Shown here piece after piece: positions 1 through 14,790 of a stretch of 64,000 nucleotides of DNA. The stretch covers positions 1 to 64,000 of the forward strand of contig KZ538510.1 of NCBI GenBank assembly GCA_000934665.2, written 5' to 3'. The position numbers were made by a program, and so were the translations under genes. Position 1 is the stretch's first letter; each line of letters opens with the position of its first letter. This stretch comes from Catajapyx aquilonaris (lineage: Eukaryota). The notes beneath the pieces are model-generated. The model was not told the DNA's origin, made no database searches, and was given only the letters and a program-made list of their open reading frames with translations.

Positions 1-1373
1 GAAACTTCCCAGGAGTATGTGCGACATGCCCAGGAATGGATGGTGTGATTTTCACGAAATTGTCAATGAATGGACTTAGCGCAAGAACTACCTTAATTGC
101 GGTACTCCGTCCGTGAGGCTATTCAAATAGGCGAATCAATATGCATTTGTATAGGAAGTGAGATATTTTATGGAAATTGTACTTTTTTTTGTTTTGATGG
201 AAGGGGTCCGTTTTTAAAAAGCAATATTAGGCCTATAACCTGATAATTGTATGCTATTCGATGGTTTGATATTATTTGAATTTTTTAAAAATGCTGCTTT
301 AAACAGTAGCCTATGCAACAGTCTATGACGACTCCTTTCCGGATATTTCACTTTTAATTTTTTGCGTAAAATTAATTACAACCTAACATTAAATTATGCA
401 GCTGCAGCTACCTTATTCATAATAACGAGTAATCAAGATATACAGTATTGTCTGCTGTTAACAAGATTACAGTGCAATAAGATGATCCAAAGTGTCGAAT
501 AACAGTGACTATTTTGTCTCTATGATGTCTTTACACTCTTTCGTAGACCTATACCGTACACAGTTGTACCTTTCGAAAGGCACAGAATATTCTATATCAT
601 TGGCTAATGGGCGGAATTCTCATAAAGTGAACACATTTCCCATGTCAAGCTTCGAAGCGTGTCAATACCACATATTGGCTGACGTTGAAAGCGTGAAAAG
701 AACCGGTACACTTTTAATATTCGGCACGCTGCTTTTCAGAGCGAGGCTGTAAATGCACGAATTTGGTGCGAATCCTGACCATTTACTAGTCATTCATTTT
801 GTTACCACATAAAAGCCTCCTTAGAATTTTTGGTCATACGATGCACTTGCTCCGAATAAAATGTATCGCATGAGCTGTTTTAAATGCAGTTAATCTTTGA
901 ATTAGTTTCATCTGCAATTAGTGGACGCAAATCAGCAAAAAAGTTTTAGCGAGTATATAAACGTTGCCCAATAATATTCTTGCAGCAATTTTGGTGTAAG
1001 TTCCATTTCCTGTATAACTATATGGTCAGTAGCCTGCAGCATTTTATATACCTGAACCAACCTCATGTGACAGCGCTTGCCACCTAGGCCTACTATACCC
1101 CCAACGCAACTTACCAGAGTGAGATATGAGACTCACAAAAACGCAGATATTATATATTATGGCATTCTTTTGATACAAGCCATACATCGAAAACTAATAT
1201 GCAAACAAGCATAATAATTATAAAACACAGCATCTTCGTGAGGCGTGTAGAGTGGTTTTAGAACTAGTTTTATCCAATCGGGGTGGGCCTCAGATCTTTG
1301 ACCCGGGCCAATTGGCGTATCCTTGACTAAAACTGCCTGGCTTCTATGGTTTTGTGTTGTCGCGTCTGGGTTG

Positions 1374-1374
<1 letters not shown>

Positions 1375-1445
<71 letters not shown>

Positions 1446-1790
1446 CATAATCCTGGGGGTAGTGCTTGACCTTACGGTATTCAGCACGGACCTTTATTGT
1501 GTCGTCGTAAAATTTTGGAACCTTTTTGCGAAGCGCCCGGGCCCACGGGCAGGATGACAGGAGGGGATGTGCAAGGTGCAGTGGTGCAGTGCAATGTCGT
1601 AGCTGTACGTGGTCATTTTGTGAACTCCCCCAGGTGGCTTAGTCTGTTGGAAATACCACCCGAAACAAAGCCAGAGGTGACCCAATGAACTCTGCACGAG
1701 ATGAGGTGGGTGTCCCCGGGCTGGGATCGAGCCCGGGACCTTAACATCCGTGGGCGCATACGTTACCGCAGCACCACTCCGTCTCCACCG
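1375..1790 (-). mobile_element. tRNA-derived SINE, family 1, full-length copy with (ATT)n tail
   Basis: Reverse complement matches the copy at 30070-30427 along its length. A-box-like TGGTGCTGCGG and B-box-like GGCTCGATCC head; tail appears as (AAT)n at ~1376-1450; 11-bp TSD GTCTGGGTTGG at 1364-1374 and 1791-1801. Confidence 0.9.
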
Positions 1791-2499
1791 GTCTGGGTTG
1801 GATTATGAAGTGGGTGTAAGAATCTGACGTATTTTTAGGATAAGTTATATTCTGTTACTCGCCAACGATAACTGACGGAGGAAAATTACTTAAGTCAGCC
1901 ATGATAGCCAACGCAGTGGATCGAATAGAGTACATACCGAGTGATAAACAAATCCCACTCTGTCTGTAAACTGCAAATATTTAAGTGTCTATAACAATAA
2001 AAATAAAGTAAAATAAAAGCAACAAGCACATATTAGTTGATTAAATAAATTACCACTGGCTTTTAAAAACCACCCTTATGGTATTGTGGCGAAGGAAATT
2101 AATACACTGCCCCAAATCCACTTTTCATTATCACGTGTGAAAATAATATACGGTATAAATTAGTATTGTTAGCCGCAACAGGTGTGAAAATTTAAAGAAA
2201 GTAACAACTGAATACTAGCTGCATAGTGGCTTAGTCAATGTTATCTCACATCAAAAGGTGGATCTTCATTTTTTCTATACATTATTTCACTTCTTCACCC
2301 TTTAAACAGTGGTCCTCTACCGAAACATCAAATATTCGAGATATATTATAATTGAATAGAGATTGCAAATATATACCTGATTTACTCCAATAACCTGTTT
2401 TTTGACAAGCAAAAATTGCTTCAATGATGTGAACTTGATTTTTGCTTCCAACTGGTTGCTTTTCTACTGGTCGCTGGGTATACAATACATTGTCTTCAT

Positions 2500-2561
2500 T
2501 CCTCCCTTGAACTGAGGCACTACAGTGACCTGTCACTGTAGTGCCTCAGTTCAAGGGAGGA
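2500..2561. repeat. Perfect 30-bp inverted repeat with 2-nt spacer
   Basis: TCCTCCCTTGAACTGAGGCACTACAGTGAC-CT-GTCACTGTAGTGCCTCAGTTCAAGGGAGGA read directly. Confidence 0.95.
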
Positions 2562-2791
2562 TGTATGTGAGAGAATCTAGGTTCAGATGTTGCTGGAACC
2601 CAAATAATGGATACACCTGCCCTGATGTAAATCAAACTCAACGATACCGGGCGTTTCTTTGGCGTAAAATGATACAAAATGATAATCTCACAGGAGGTGA
2701 GGGCCAATAATTAAATTTAATGCTCCTTACAAGAGAAAAGTGACGGCTCTATCCTACTGACCTAATATTAGTATTTCTTTGCTCCATTATA

Positions 2792-3227
2792 CAGGGTGTT
2801 CATGAAAAACACCGACACACCTATATCACCCCCGACCTAGGGACCAGACGATCACATTATGTAGATGAGTGATTATTCCTGGACCGCCTCATTACCGCGC
2901 AAATTGCCTTCAAACAGGTAGTATAAAATATCCTGGAAGTTAGGCCACCCATAGAACCCTCCCCCAGTCGGAAGGCTCTGGAAGGTCTTGGGGCCGGACT
3001 TTGTTGGTTTGTTGCCCACAGGTGGTAAGGCCTCTATGGCTAGTTACACCTGTAAATTCTATTTAAAAGTCAGAAGGAGCGATTAGGCAAAAATCGCTAA
3101 TCAGCAACGAGTCAATTATCTCAGTAATGAGGCGGTGTAGACATAATGACTCCTCTACATAAAATGACCCTCACGTTACCATTGGCCACTGGTTATCAGT
3201 TTGTCGGTGTTTTTCATGAACACCCTG
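2792..3227. mobile_element. Tc1/mariner-type MITE
   Basis: TIR CAGGGTGTTCATGAAAAACACCGACA / TGTCGGTGTTTTTCATGAACACCCTG, flanked by TA on both sides; no ORF. Confidence 0.9.
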
Positions 3228-6200
3228 TATTTGTCGTTCATAGTAACTGCTAAGCGTTACGGAAGAATCCCTTACAACCTGCTAACAAAAATAGGCATAC
3301 GCACAAAAACCGTACCAAAAAATGATTTCAACAATGCAGTATGGTATCGATGTCTCACATAATGCCCTGTAAATGAGGTAATCTTACTTCAAAGCTTTAA
3401 TGGGTTCTGGCAGGAGACCGCTATAAAGCGTTATATACCAAGAGCAATAAACTAGCATTTTGGTGTACCACTTTCCTCCCAAGTCACTTCAACTTCACAT
3501 TATTCAGTGCAGAGTCGACTCCTCCTCCGGCATCCAATTCTGTCAACTCCAGTTTCTTCGTACTGAAATGGGAGAAATTGTATTCCTTCGGAGAAACGGA
3601 ATCCTTCAGTCTGACACAGATGTCGTGCAGGAGGGATTTCTCCAGGAGAAAGCACTTCCATAGTGCCCTTGGACCGCACCCAAACCCCCTTCTGCGGGAC
3701 TCGGAATCAGGACTTGGTCATCATCCAGATGGGTCGACACTTGGCATTCTCGTAAAAATCTTCACCGCTTGACCAGTGTGTCAGATTCATATGAGGTATT
3801 TTTATTATGGATTTGAGCGATCACAGGAGCAATAAACTGAACATATGAGAAAATGAGATAATATTATAACATTTTATTTTAGATTTAGACTATGATACTC
3901 GAGACCATCTGGAGCCATTAATATCCTCATTTAGGAGAAGGCATTGAATATTACTATCATGTTAGTTTTTCAAGAAAAAAACCGCTCTCTAAAAAATTCA
4001 CCCAATCTGACCCAACCAGTTCACAATATCAGTTATGTTCGTGTGAATGATTATGAAACACCGTGTGTGACGGGTAGAATTTTTGCTTTGGAGTTTAAAG
4101 GTTCAAAGTCATTTTGAAATGTCGCCAAATTTTGTCACCCAACTTTGACCAAAAGAGAGATAAAGCCTCAATGCTTCCATAGAATATGTCCCTCTTTAAA
4201 CGAGTTTTTCCTGAATTTCCAATATTCTACACACATCTACACTCACGCTACTAACAAGAACACTGCGTTTTATTAGACTTAAGTGAAAACCCTTTATGAC
4301 ATCTGACAGTCAGATTTCGAATCGCGAGTGTTGGTAGACAAAATAATGAAGTTTGTGTTCTTGGTGTAGTACGTAAACCGATAGTAAATTAACATTGACA
4401 TGTGAAAATTAGAAAATAAAGAAAAGAAACACTAATAAAACACTAGAAAGGCTCGTGTGAATAGATTCTGTTATTCAGCCTGCGCGTCATTTAAATATGA
4501 GAAGAATGCAAGACAATATTTGCTGAGTAAATATTACCAGACATTCGCGCAATATGCCTTTTACTCGCATGATTTCCGGATAGTCATGTATAAGCACGAT
4601 GCTGCTGTAACTCCCTAAACGATATAAAGAGGAAATATTATGCAGCACGACTTTTTATTCAAATTAATTTTACTTTTTTTTTTGCACTCGAATGCAATTC
4701 CTGCAATTTCATTCGCCATTACAGGCATGCAATATGCAATAATTATGCAGTCCTCGTGAGTTCCAAAGTCTCCAATAAAACCACTTGAGTTGGCCATAAT
4801 ACATGAGAAAGCAACTGCGGGTAGTACTGTAACGATTACCTCAAGATTACTTATGACCACAAAATCAAATGTGATAATAATGTTGCTTCAAGCATAAGTA
4901 AAGAAAATAAAAATATTGATGGAGATATTGCATAACCCACATCCTTGACAACCAACGGTGTTAAAGTAGGTAAACACTAAAGTTTGCTTTCCCGGCATAA
5001 CTTTTCTAACCGGTTTTTACTTAATTCCATCCGAAACTCACTCTCACTTGTGTCATAAAAATAGTAGCTCTTGCATTCTAACGTAGTAGTTGAATAAGCT
5101 TCTGCATCAGGATGATAATATACCGCATATGTCTTAAAAAGACTAGGGAGGGGAAGGATAGTAGCGGTGAGATAAGACGAAAAGCTAGTTTGGTGAACAG
5201 GTATGACAGGTAAGTCGAGGCTCACTTATGGCTTTGAAAGTGTCAGCCACACTCTACAAGTGCTTACTGCTGTTGGCCATTGTGCCCCGTGACAATATCG
5301 ACGCAAATTCACCCCGATCAAATCATAACATCAGTGGCAGTTACAACGACAGAAGAATGTAACCTTGATCATCCACCAGTTGAACCTGTTCTTCGGCTTT
5401 CCGGTTGGACACTATATGGGTGAATAACAACCGCCTTGAGATATGTTGGAATTGTTCCCGCTTCCGCTATTAATAGAAGGAGAACTGTTGACACCACCTA
5501 TTGTGTGAGAGTGGTTTTCATAGAGTTGAGTAGATGTGAAACTTTCTTCGCTTTAAACTGAAGGTTTATTTGAGTTCAATTCCCTTGACGTTGTTACACT
5601 GGACTGGCTCTGGCAAGAAGATAATTTGATTTATGCAAGGTGACCATAAAGTTTTAATTGCCGGGCAGTTCAAAGCTGATGCGCTACTCATACTTGAAGT
5701 TAGATAATGATCATTTTAAAGGCGTCACCTAACATGCAACCCGTGAAGTTCCTGCTGAATAGACAATGCAGTAACAAATAAATAAAATATCTACATGACG
5801 TAAGTAATCAGTCAGTCTGAGATGCCTGCTGCCCATTCAAATCTCGATTAATTAATTAATTGTCACCCAGCTGTACAATGAAAATAATCATAATAAGCTA
5901 ATATTGCTCTCTTACATGTTGAATGCACAGCATATAAAGATATCAGTGTAAGGCATAGTTTTTCGCAATACGTTCATCAGCATGAAGTATGTAATTAAGC
6001 TGATCTTCGGTAAATTTTATTATTCACCCAACCCCAACATAAGACCCACTCACAATTCAGCCCAGACATCCTTCAAAAAGGGCGCCATGCCTATATGTAT
6101 ACCTTCCTCGCCTTTATGCAAATTGAAGCTTATGGATTTACCTATATAATACCGATGAACGGAGGCAGTTCAGTGGTGGGAATCAGTCCAGGTCCCATCG

Positions 6201-9169
6201 TGAATAATTTAATTTATCTTGCTGAAATATATGCTCTTCGTCTACCATCAAGATATGGCAAACTTAATGCACGATATACATAGAGTAAACCAACTGATAA
6301 TATTGGTGAAACATTCCGCTGATTATGCATCGCATGTTAGCACGGTGTAGCGACCCAGCACTTAATAGCTGGTTTTTGACAGAGCTAGTTCGGTGTTGCC
6401 CGGAGCTCTTCAATTATGGCTGAGGCGTATCCAAAGGCGACCGACAGTGATCTGTGTCTACCCGTCTCTTTCTGCCCAGAGGCTAGGGAGTCACCGCCAT
6501 ATTATTTCTCATGGTCAGGAGCTTGCTGGACCAGTGGAGGATGCAAAAACGAGATGCACCATTAATATTTACAGGGGCTAAAAAAAGAGACACTCAAACA
6601 AAAAAAGATACGAACTATAACCATATGGCATCCACTAGTGTGATTTGCACCACTGGAAGTTCCTATCTATTGTCAAATGGCTACATAGTTGTTGTCTACA
6701 GCTGCACTGACCTGTTGCATTGCTGAAGTAAAGGTCGTACAGTACTGCGATTAACTGTTGAGATTTGGGTTAGGGCAGTGTTAGTGTGTTAGTGTGAAGG
6801 CGTATTGGACCTTTACACATTCGATTTGATACGCGCATCTTTTATATGATATGACATGAAGTTAGTTTGCCAATTCCGCATTTTGCGCTACAAGTTTGCT
6901 GCCTTAGATCAGTGTACTGTACGGGACGAATAGGGAGAGTGGGACGGAGGTGCTCCTTATTGTAACCATTGAGTGACTCTCGCATACCTGCATAAAGAAG
7001 CAAGGTGACTAGGACCACATCAGGAGGAGATGAAGTCTCGACAGATTAATTGTGACAAGGGATTCTCATTCGAGTAGTCTCACTAAGGTGTCAAGTCATT
7101 GCTGAATCGTTTGGACAAATGTCATGCAACTTGCCCATGGCTATATGACCTTTTCTGCAGTCTTGGAACCAATTAGTAACAGTCAACAGCACACTCTTCA
7201 CGGTGCCGAATATGAGCAAAAAATAGTAGACCTGCTCTGGAAGGGAAGACCACCAGTAAAAAAAAACTGTTAAATCAATAATACTAAAGGAAATATCTTT
7301 TTTTGAGCAACAATACAAGATAGTAGACATAAGTTTTATGATGGTGTAGAGTGTATACCTATAAATTATACAATATAATAATACTGGAAGTAATTTTACA
7401 CAATGCCGGTGGGACAGAAGGTGGTAGGAACGAACACCTAATTTTTTCTTTGATTAGGTAAAAATCTAAATCTAGATGGAAAGTAAATCTCCTTAGGAGG
7501 AGCCAGGAACCTACTAATACCTCACACATGCAGATGGCGTGCAATATCCATATGCTACTCGCTTCTCAAACATATATGTGGTCTATTCGCTTTTTCCGAC
7601 CCAAACTTACAGTTAAAAAACCAAAAATTTCAAGTCACGCTTCTAGAATGAATGTGTGACCCCATTCCACATCTGAGGAGAGCCCAAGAGCACAAAAAAA
7701 AAATGAAGATGAAAACGAGATCTTCCGGGAGAATCATGTATAGTGAGCCCGAGCAAGCAGGGTGGCCATGGCCCAGGGGCTTTCAGGAGGGGAGCTTTGG
7801 AACAAGGTGAAGGAGATCCCCATCCCCCCGAAGCCAAGCGGCCGAAAATGAGCTGCCATGACCCACTTCTGGAGTGGTACTAGGCCTGCAGGCTAGGGCT
7901 AGCTAGCTAGCTAGCTAGGCCTAGCAGCCGCCCGCCATCATCACTCTCACTCTCTTGCCCACTGGCCTGCATTAGGCCAGCAGGTGTGCGCATGCCACTT
8001 TCGATTTTGCCCCCTGTCTGACTGCCCTAGGGGCTTATGAATGGGACCACAGACATTCTACGCTGCCCTTTTTTTTCATAGGGGGCAGCTCTTTTGTACA
8101 CTTCATTCAGTATGGGATGCACAGTGCGGTATTGGTAACCGGAAGGGATTGTTGCCTGGGAGGTGTGGTTAGAACATGGAGTGCAAACGTAATTCGAGGG
8201 CTTTGTGCTATAGTGCGCAGTTACTTCTATCGTTTGACGAGAATTTTAGGGAGTTCTTCAATGGGAGGCTGGAGGGAGATGAAATGTGATCTATTTAACG
8301 AAGGGCTTCGGTAAATGGAGAGTAAGTTAGGTTGAATTTTTTTACTGCCCAATGCAGCTTACAGTTAGTGGGTGTGATTAATTAGATGATGGGCAGGCTT
8401 GTACGAAAAATAAGTCGGAAGGAAATAGTCACAGCCATATGAAACATCGACGGCTACCAGCCAAAAAGAATCGCTGATATCAACTCGCAACGATCACATG
8501 CGATTTGTATTTTGCCGCAAAAAGTCTATGCATACGCAATAGGACTTTGCTGACGAAGTTTCACAGCCAACTCTATCATACTTCCACGTACACTGCATTA
8601 ACTTATTTACAGTGTTAATGTATCGTACTTGCAAGCCAATTATCCCTTCCATATTGCAGATATGTATAAAACTTTAAAATTATCCCATGTCTATATTCAG
8701 CGGACTCTTCACCGAGTCATGCGAATAAAGTTAGTTTACGAATATGAGGTTAAAGGAGGAAATGTTCGTCATAATGCGGCCTACCACAATCTGGGACCCT
8801 CTCCGACTACAGTGACAGCCTGTATATACGTGTACAAGAGGGTATACTTCAACCATGAACTTCTGGCAGTTCTGACTCACCGTCTTACCTCTTATCACCT
8901 TATCCCTTGTTTTTTTTTAGTAATCCTAAATTCTCCAGTTCAAATAGAATAACTTGGGCGATAAGGCCCTCGCGAATGCGCGGAGTTGTCAAGTCACGAA
9001 TACCTGTAGATTATGATGTAAGCTTATTTACATTTTGCGTGATGGCATGAGAACTTCGCGTAGAGTTGTAACGGCCTTATGGCCTTTTTTGCTCTTAGTT
9101 ATCGCTTACGGGCCAGGAGAGATCAACACTATCGGAAGCAGAAGGGATCGAAATTGAACTCGTACAGTA

Positions 9170-9419
9170 CACAGGGTGTTTCAAGTTCGTGGGTCGTTTA
9201 CTCGTTTTATTTATCACCAATATCGCCCGAAGTAGTTCTTTTTGTGAAACTGGTTGTGCCCCGATCCCGGTGCCTCAGTATACTATCAGGTGGTCGACTG
9301 TAGCAGTGGCTGTAGCATAGGGCAACTGATTATGGGCGCATAACAAGCTACAAAAAAAAAAAAAAATTGAGCGAAATTTCCTATAACTAAAAGGCCCCAC
9401 GAACTTGGAACACCCTGTG
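9170..9419. mobile_element. Tc1/mariner-type MITE
   Basis: TIR CACAGGGTGTTTCAAGTTCGTGGG / CCCACGAACTTGGAACACCCTGTG (1 mismatch), TA on both flanks. Confidence 0.85.
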
Positions 9420-9459
9420 TAAACATTCATTCGCATCGGTTGATCTGAGAGCCAGCATT

Positions 9460-9789
9460 TGATAACATATCATTCACCCAAACCATTTTCGAGACATATA
9501 TCGTCTGGCGGAATTCTTGTCCAATATATCGTACCCTTTCGTTCAAGGGACACTTCGACCAAACATTTTCGTCCACATCATATACTGATTGTACACAACA
9601 ATAAATATAATAGTAGTAATAAAAAATCCTCCGCCCATGGTCACTCTCAGTGCTGCAATTGGCCCTTTGGTATTTGTACATTTTTGGCCGAAATTCTACA
9701 TCGGATGAGAATAAATTCTACTTGAATAGATTTCATTGGATGAGACATATCTTTGGTCGAAAATGGCTTGGGCGAAGTGTTATGGAACT
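9460..9789. mobile_element. Degenerate MITE-like foldback with internal sub-repeats
   Basis: Left TTCACCCAAACCATTTTCGA is an imperfect inverted match to right TCGAAAATGGCTTGGGCGAA; inverted internal TTCGnCCAA / TTGGnCGAA motifs. Confidence 0.5.
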
Positions 9790-12700
9790 GTAAATATCTC
9801 ATGCTGAAAGCTCTTGAAATCGTCCACTTTCTTTCCTATTGTACTGTACAGTAGACTACATAGGAGTGAATTTCATGTGTAGAGTATGCCCTAAAACTAG
9901 GCGTACTGTGCGACTTGGGTGAATTCTTAAAAAAAAACACTGCTCAACACGTAGTTGCAAAAGGTCTGTACGTGTATATTCAGCAATATGAATGGTACGA
10001 GCGTATAGGCATTGCTGCGGATTGACTTTGACCGAATTAGACACAAACTAATGGCTACTGTTATACATGCCGCATGTCAATAACGAGTGTAAAGAGTGTT
10101 TTTAAAAACCCTACTTAAAGTCGTGTAGTGTACTGTATTTTGGACGATTCAGGCCTTACCTATCACAACGAAAATAACAAACCACGTGATCAATAAAATT
10201 ATTGTTGACTGATAAAAATATGGGCTGTGAATTTTCTTAGGGAGCCACTGATTCACAATGATCATTAAAGCCACTGTAGAATGTAGGTCACTTGATAACA
10301 ATGGAGGCATTACCACTTGGATACAAAACGGCATTCTTCAGGAATATTCGCTCTAATTATTTTAGGAGCAAGCATAATATTGTGAACATTGAAGATACAC
10401 TAAGTTTATACTATATATGGAATATAATTATGAAATAATATCAATTTTTGCCTTTAATCTTGTAACACAAAATGAATCATTTAGCAACACTATAGCAACA
10501 TCGACAGAATGATGTTGAGGGGGATCAATATAATTATTGTGTCATCCACAGTAATACTGACGCCACAATGGTCACATTAAACACCTACAGGTGCAGTACA
10601 TAATTTGCCTATCATTGCAAAGTATTTTCAGTATTTTGCTGAACTTAATATTTTTTTGTCTGTGATATAGGTTATACTAAGCTTTTGTTATACCATTCAT
10701 ATTGATTGCAAGAAGGACTTATAATATAGAAGCAGTATGCATAATAAAAACTACTGTACAAACATTGCGTACTATTCTGTACATAATATATTATTCTGTA
10801 CTATTCCTGTACAGTATCTTGTAATTCGGTAGAAACAGCAAGAAAATAATACTTTTTTTTTCTTCTTCCAGTCCTCTCCTTTTGAAATAGCCTCATGTGT
10901 GTAATAAACTAAAAATGCAGAAACATGCATCTAAAATATATTACAGAGTTTCAAAGGGGGAAAAACGTGTTGTCAAGTTCATTATTACATTCTATACAAA
11001 GGGCATGACATTGCTGCTCAAAAATGAAGGTTGTGGTTTCAGCGGATATATGTTAAGAGTCTACATAGGCCTGCAGTGATTATTTTATGGCCGTCAAGCT
11101 TCCTTATAGACCTTTCGAGATCATGATTTATTCGTGTAACAAAGAATAACACCACAAGACTCTTACAGTCCATCACAACATTTTATAGTGACTTGAAAAC
11201 TTTCCATCGTCGGAAATATATTGCAGCATGCATATCCCAACGATATTCTATGCTGCATAAGCCTCCTGCTCCTCTGATATGCAAATTAGGACCTTCACTC
11301 TTCTGCAAATAAAGAAGTAACCTTCATAACATTCAACACTCGACTTATGACAGGGAGAAACCGACATCTCCAAGCGGTACGTAAACTGTGCAGAAGTGAC
11401 TTGTATTTTCCCTCTATTCATGCAATGAAAGTCATCGTCCTGTCGACAACCTCACTTTCAGAAGACAATTTTGACACGCTCTAAACGACACCCATAAAGA
11501 ATATCCTACAAGTCGCAGTTTCACCAATCTGGCTATTATTGCCGCACCGTTAAAAAAAAATCAGATCTTTTTTTCACCGTTTGTTCCGGCCGTCTTTTCA
11601 CGGTGTCATTTACACCAGCTATTCCCAAAATAATATATCCTCATCCAGTCGGTCTGTTTTGGACACTCACAGCAAATGCATCAGGAATGTTGAGCTGCAT
11701 TTTGGCCCTGCCCAAATAATTTGCATAGCATGCGATAAAGGGTTGATGCCCATGGCCAGAGGTCGTGCCTTTTTTTGAATGGGCTGATGCACTTGGCAGG
11801 GTGAATGACTGCACGTTCGCCAAAAAAGACTAAGCCCACGCTCAACACAAGATGGATCACCTCTCCTTTATGCAGCAGTAGCAGGAGTTTTGTATAATTC
11901 GCCAAAGACATGGTGTTTTAGAGGTGGACAGTTTTGATCACAATAGCCGGATGTCCTGCTTCTGAAGATCGGTACAAACACCGGTTCAGCCTTGGACCCT
12001 GGTATGTGGCCATGGGCACAAAAATTCTATTCTTCTCCGCAAGAGTGATCACAAAAAAAGGTGATGAATGACACCCCCTGGCATAATTAAAGTCCATTAT
12101 GATATTTCCGGATGCAAATATAAAATTGTTATACAGCGAGGAAGGGAGATTTGTCTGTTGATTCTGGGGATGTGCCCGCCTTCCTTTGTTTCCTCAAGCG
12201 CAAGCGGTATGGATGTGAACAAAACGCGATGTCTCTCGCAAGAGAGATGGTTTCGTACAAATATGGTTTTAGTTGGTTTTTTTCCTTCTGGCTCGTTAGC
12301 ATGTAATGTGCTTAGGATTTTAACTGGGTACAACGTTTTAGGGTCATTAAGTATGTATCAACAATGCTAAAATGTCATATAGCCTTCGACATTTTAAGAT
12401 GGCAATTTGCGATGCCTATTCGCGCATAAGTCCTTCAAAAATGAAAATGACCTGTAGGTTACTGTACCATTTCATGGCAGTATAGGCATCTTCAGAAGAA
12501 ATCAATGTGCATCTTTCTGCAATGTTATGACAAGAGAGAAAACTGCCTTAAGGCTGGGATATAGAGAATCCGGACTTCTTCGAGTTCCAACTCTGGCCGA
12601 AAGAGGAGACACTCGATCCCACCCTCCCTACTCTACCAAAAGAAGGGTTTGCGGTTGACCATTCCCTCTAGGCACAATAAAAACCGTGACAATTAGGTTC

Positions 12701-14245
12701 TGGTAGTTCTCAAATCAGTCAAATTATGACAAAATTATTATTTGGCGAAAGGTTATAGCTAAATATAAAAATCAGCTTCACGGGTCCGGAGCCCCTAATT
12801 TTTCCGCATTTTTGGTGCTTGTTACGACATCACTTAAAATTTACGACGGCGTAAATTACTCCCGAATGCAAATGACTGTTTAAAATACTTCATTAAGCAT
12901 ATGGGAAAAGTACAGCACATATGTGTAAGACTAGTAAGAGAGAGGTCAGTTACACTTACACAGAAAAAATCGGTTCTGCTGTTGTTAGTTAGCGAGAACT
13001 TTACTCCCAAATTCTCATTATCCCCCCCCCCCTTAACGTCTTCAAATACTGTACATAATATAGGCTACATCACTAAATTATTATGATAATTAGAATAATC
13101 CCTGCAAATGCCAGTATATTCCATAATTCGGATCACATTATGGTAGGAGCACACATACATTACTTTCGAGACACACAGCTGAATGCAAGTGATACCCTTG
13201 AATAAATCTATTAGCATGCAAACAATGAATCCGTATTTCTTGATGGGGGGTCGGGGGAGGTTATTTAAGTGAATTCCTTAGAGGGCAACGGCAGTGTTCC
13301 AGAAATTCAACGTCACTGTAACCAAATTGCCCTGAAGAGACAAGGTCTAGTTGCAAATCACAGCGAGTGGCCTCATGCGCCCCGAATAAAGCCTGTATGC
13401 AATTCGAACACGGACCAAATATTCCGTCCTAAGGGTTACTGCTCTTCCAAGTGAGGAACCGAGATATTTTGGAACTTGCATTGCATGCCAATTAAGGCCA
13501 GACTCCTTATTTCCCTAGGAGATACCAGCAGTTGGAGCAAAGTGAAATGGTAGAGTATATTGTATTTAGGTATATTATGGATGAATTACCTTTGAGTACG
13601 CTTAACTATACTAGAAGATCACGACTGGAGAGCTTTATTCTGAGAAACTTTCTCCGTTGGAAGTGTGTAGAAGGGTGTACCGCACGCACACTATGTGACA
13701 TTCCTGCGTAGATATGGCATGTAAGGTGAACGTATCTCACTCTGTCCGTGGAGGAGAGCCAAGTTGGTTGTACCGTATATAAGATATCGATGGGAGTGAT
13801 AGAGAAACCCGTGAAACTGGTTGGAAGAGCATGAAGTGAAACGAGGGCGCATGCCAAATACTATTGCGGGCTTATTATGGTCTATGCAATGGCACAGGGA
13901 AGCAGTTAGTCTGCTCAATAACGTGTCCACTCAGAACAGGCGCTTCTGGAAGATTGACACGTATTATTTTTATTGTTGTAATTTCGGAGGATCAGGATAT
14001 TGCCCCCGCGTTTTCCGAGCTACAAAAACACGAGCATGGTAAATCATAGGGGGATTTATGGCTTATGGAGAAGTGGTCACTCTCCCAAAAATATTTTGGG
14101 CCGTTAACAGCTTTTAGTGAAGTTTTATCACCTTTAAAACATTTTACAGGTCTTTCCTTTCCTCCATCAGGATGAGCGGTACACAAACCCACTACCGATC
14201 TCATTTTATCACAGTTGCAGATAGTGCACAATATCCCCCCTATAA

Positions 14246-14333
14246 CAGTGATTCCCAACCTTTTTCGGGTCGCGACCCCCTTTTATGATAGTCAAGTAAC
14301 CTGCGAACCCCCCCCCCCCTCCCCGAGTGTTAG
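14246..14333 (+). mobile_element. hAT-like non-autonomous element end, copy 1
   Basis: CAGTGATTCCCAACCTTTTTCGGGTCGCGACCCCCTTTTATGATAGTCAAGTAACCTGCGA recurs inverted at 52421-52507. The CAGTG...CCCAACC terminus resembles hAT/Charlie-type ends (family is inference). Confidence 0.65.
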
Positions 14334-14790
14334 TAGATGTTGAAAATAACCTTCGTTATGAAATATACTATAGCATTTATTTTATTTATTTTTTAATTTA
14401 GTTATTCTTTAATTTATAAAAATAACCGTGGCCTCTCACGGCCCCCCTGGTAGAGTTAAGTAGGTTAGCTTATCTGTTGTCAAATAACTACTTGTCCATA
14501 CATGCTATTATAGAGTTATGGAAATAGGCTATTAGAGTTATGGAAATACGAATGCATGCGCTGATGAGCTGATGAACTGTTTTATGTACGAGTGAAATAT
14601 CTTTTAATAATAATTATGCATTTGTATCGAGAAATCGTGCCTCTCCATGATTTTCACTGCCCATGACAAGAAAAGCATTTCTGAATGAGACTCCTTCGAC
14701 CTTCCGAAGTTGCCAAAGTACTTCTGATCCTGCATGCATGCAGCTGTGCATTCGTAAAGGTGTTACGGTAATTTATTCATCTCGTTGCAG

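Noticed and set aside
1354..1557. Poly-Ile ORF
   Set aside because: Translation of the SINE (AAT)n tail.
4500..4860. Minus-strand segments resembling GPCR TM2-TM4 (IAFE...YSSIV)
   Set aside because: No good phase-compatible donor joins them and there is an in-frame stop just upstream.
11581..12370. Cluster of short overlapping ORFs, including an FFEWAD string
   Set aside because: Stops in every frame and no coherent domain recognised.
12460..12510. Minus-strand CTGAAGA...GAAA hammerhead-like core
   Set aside because: Stem II does not pair and stems I and III were not found.
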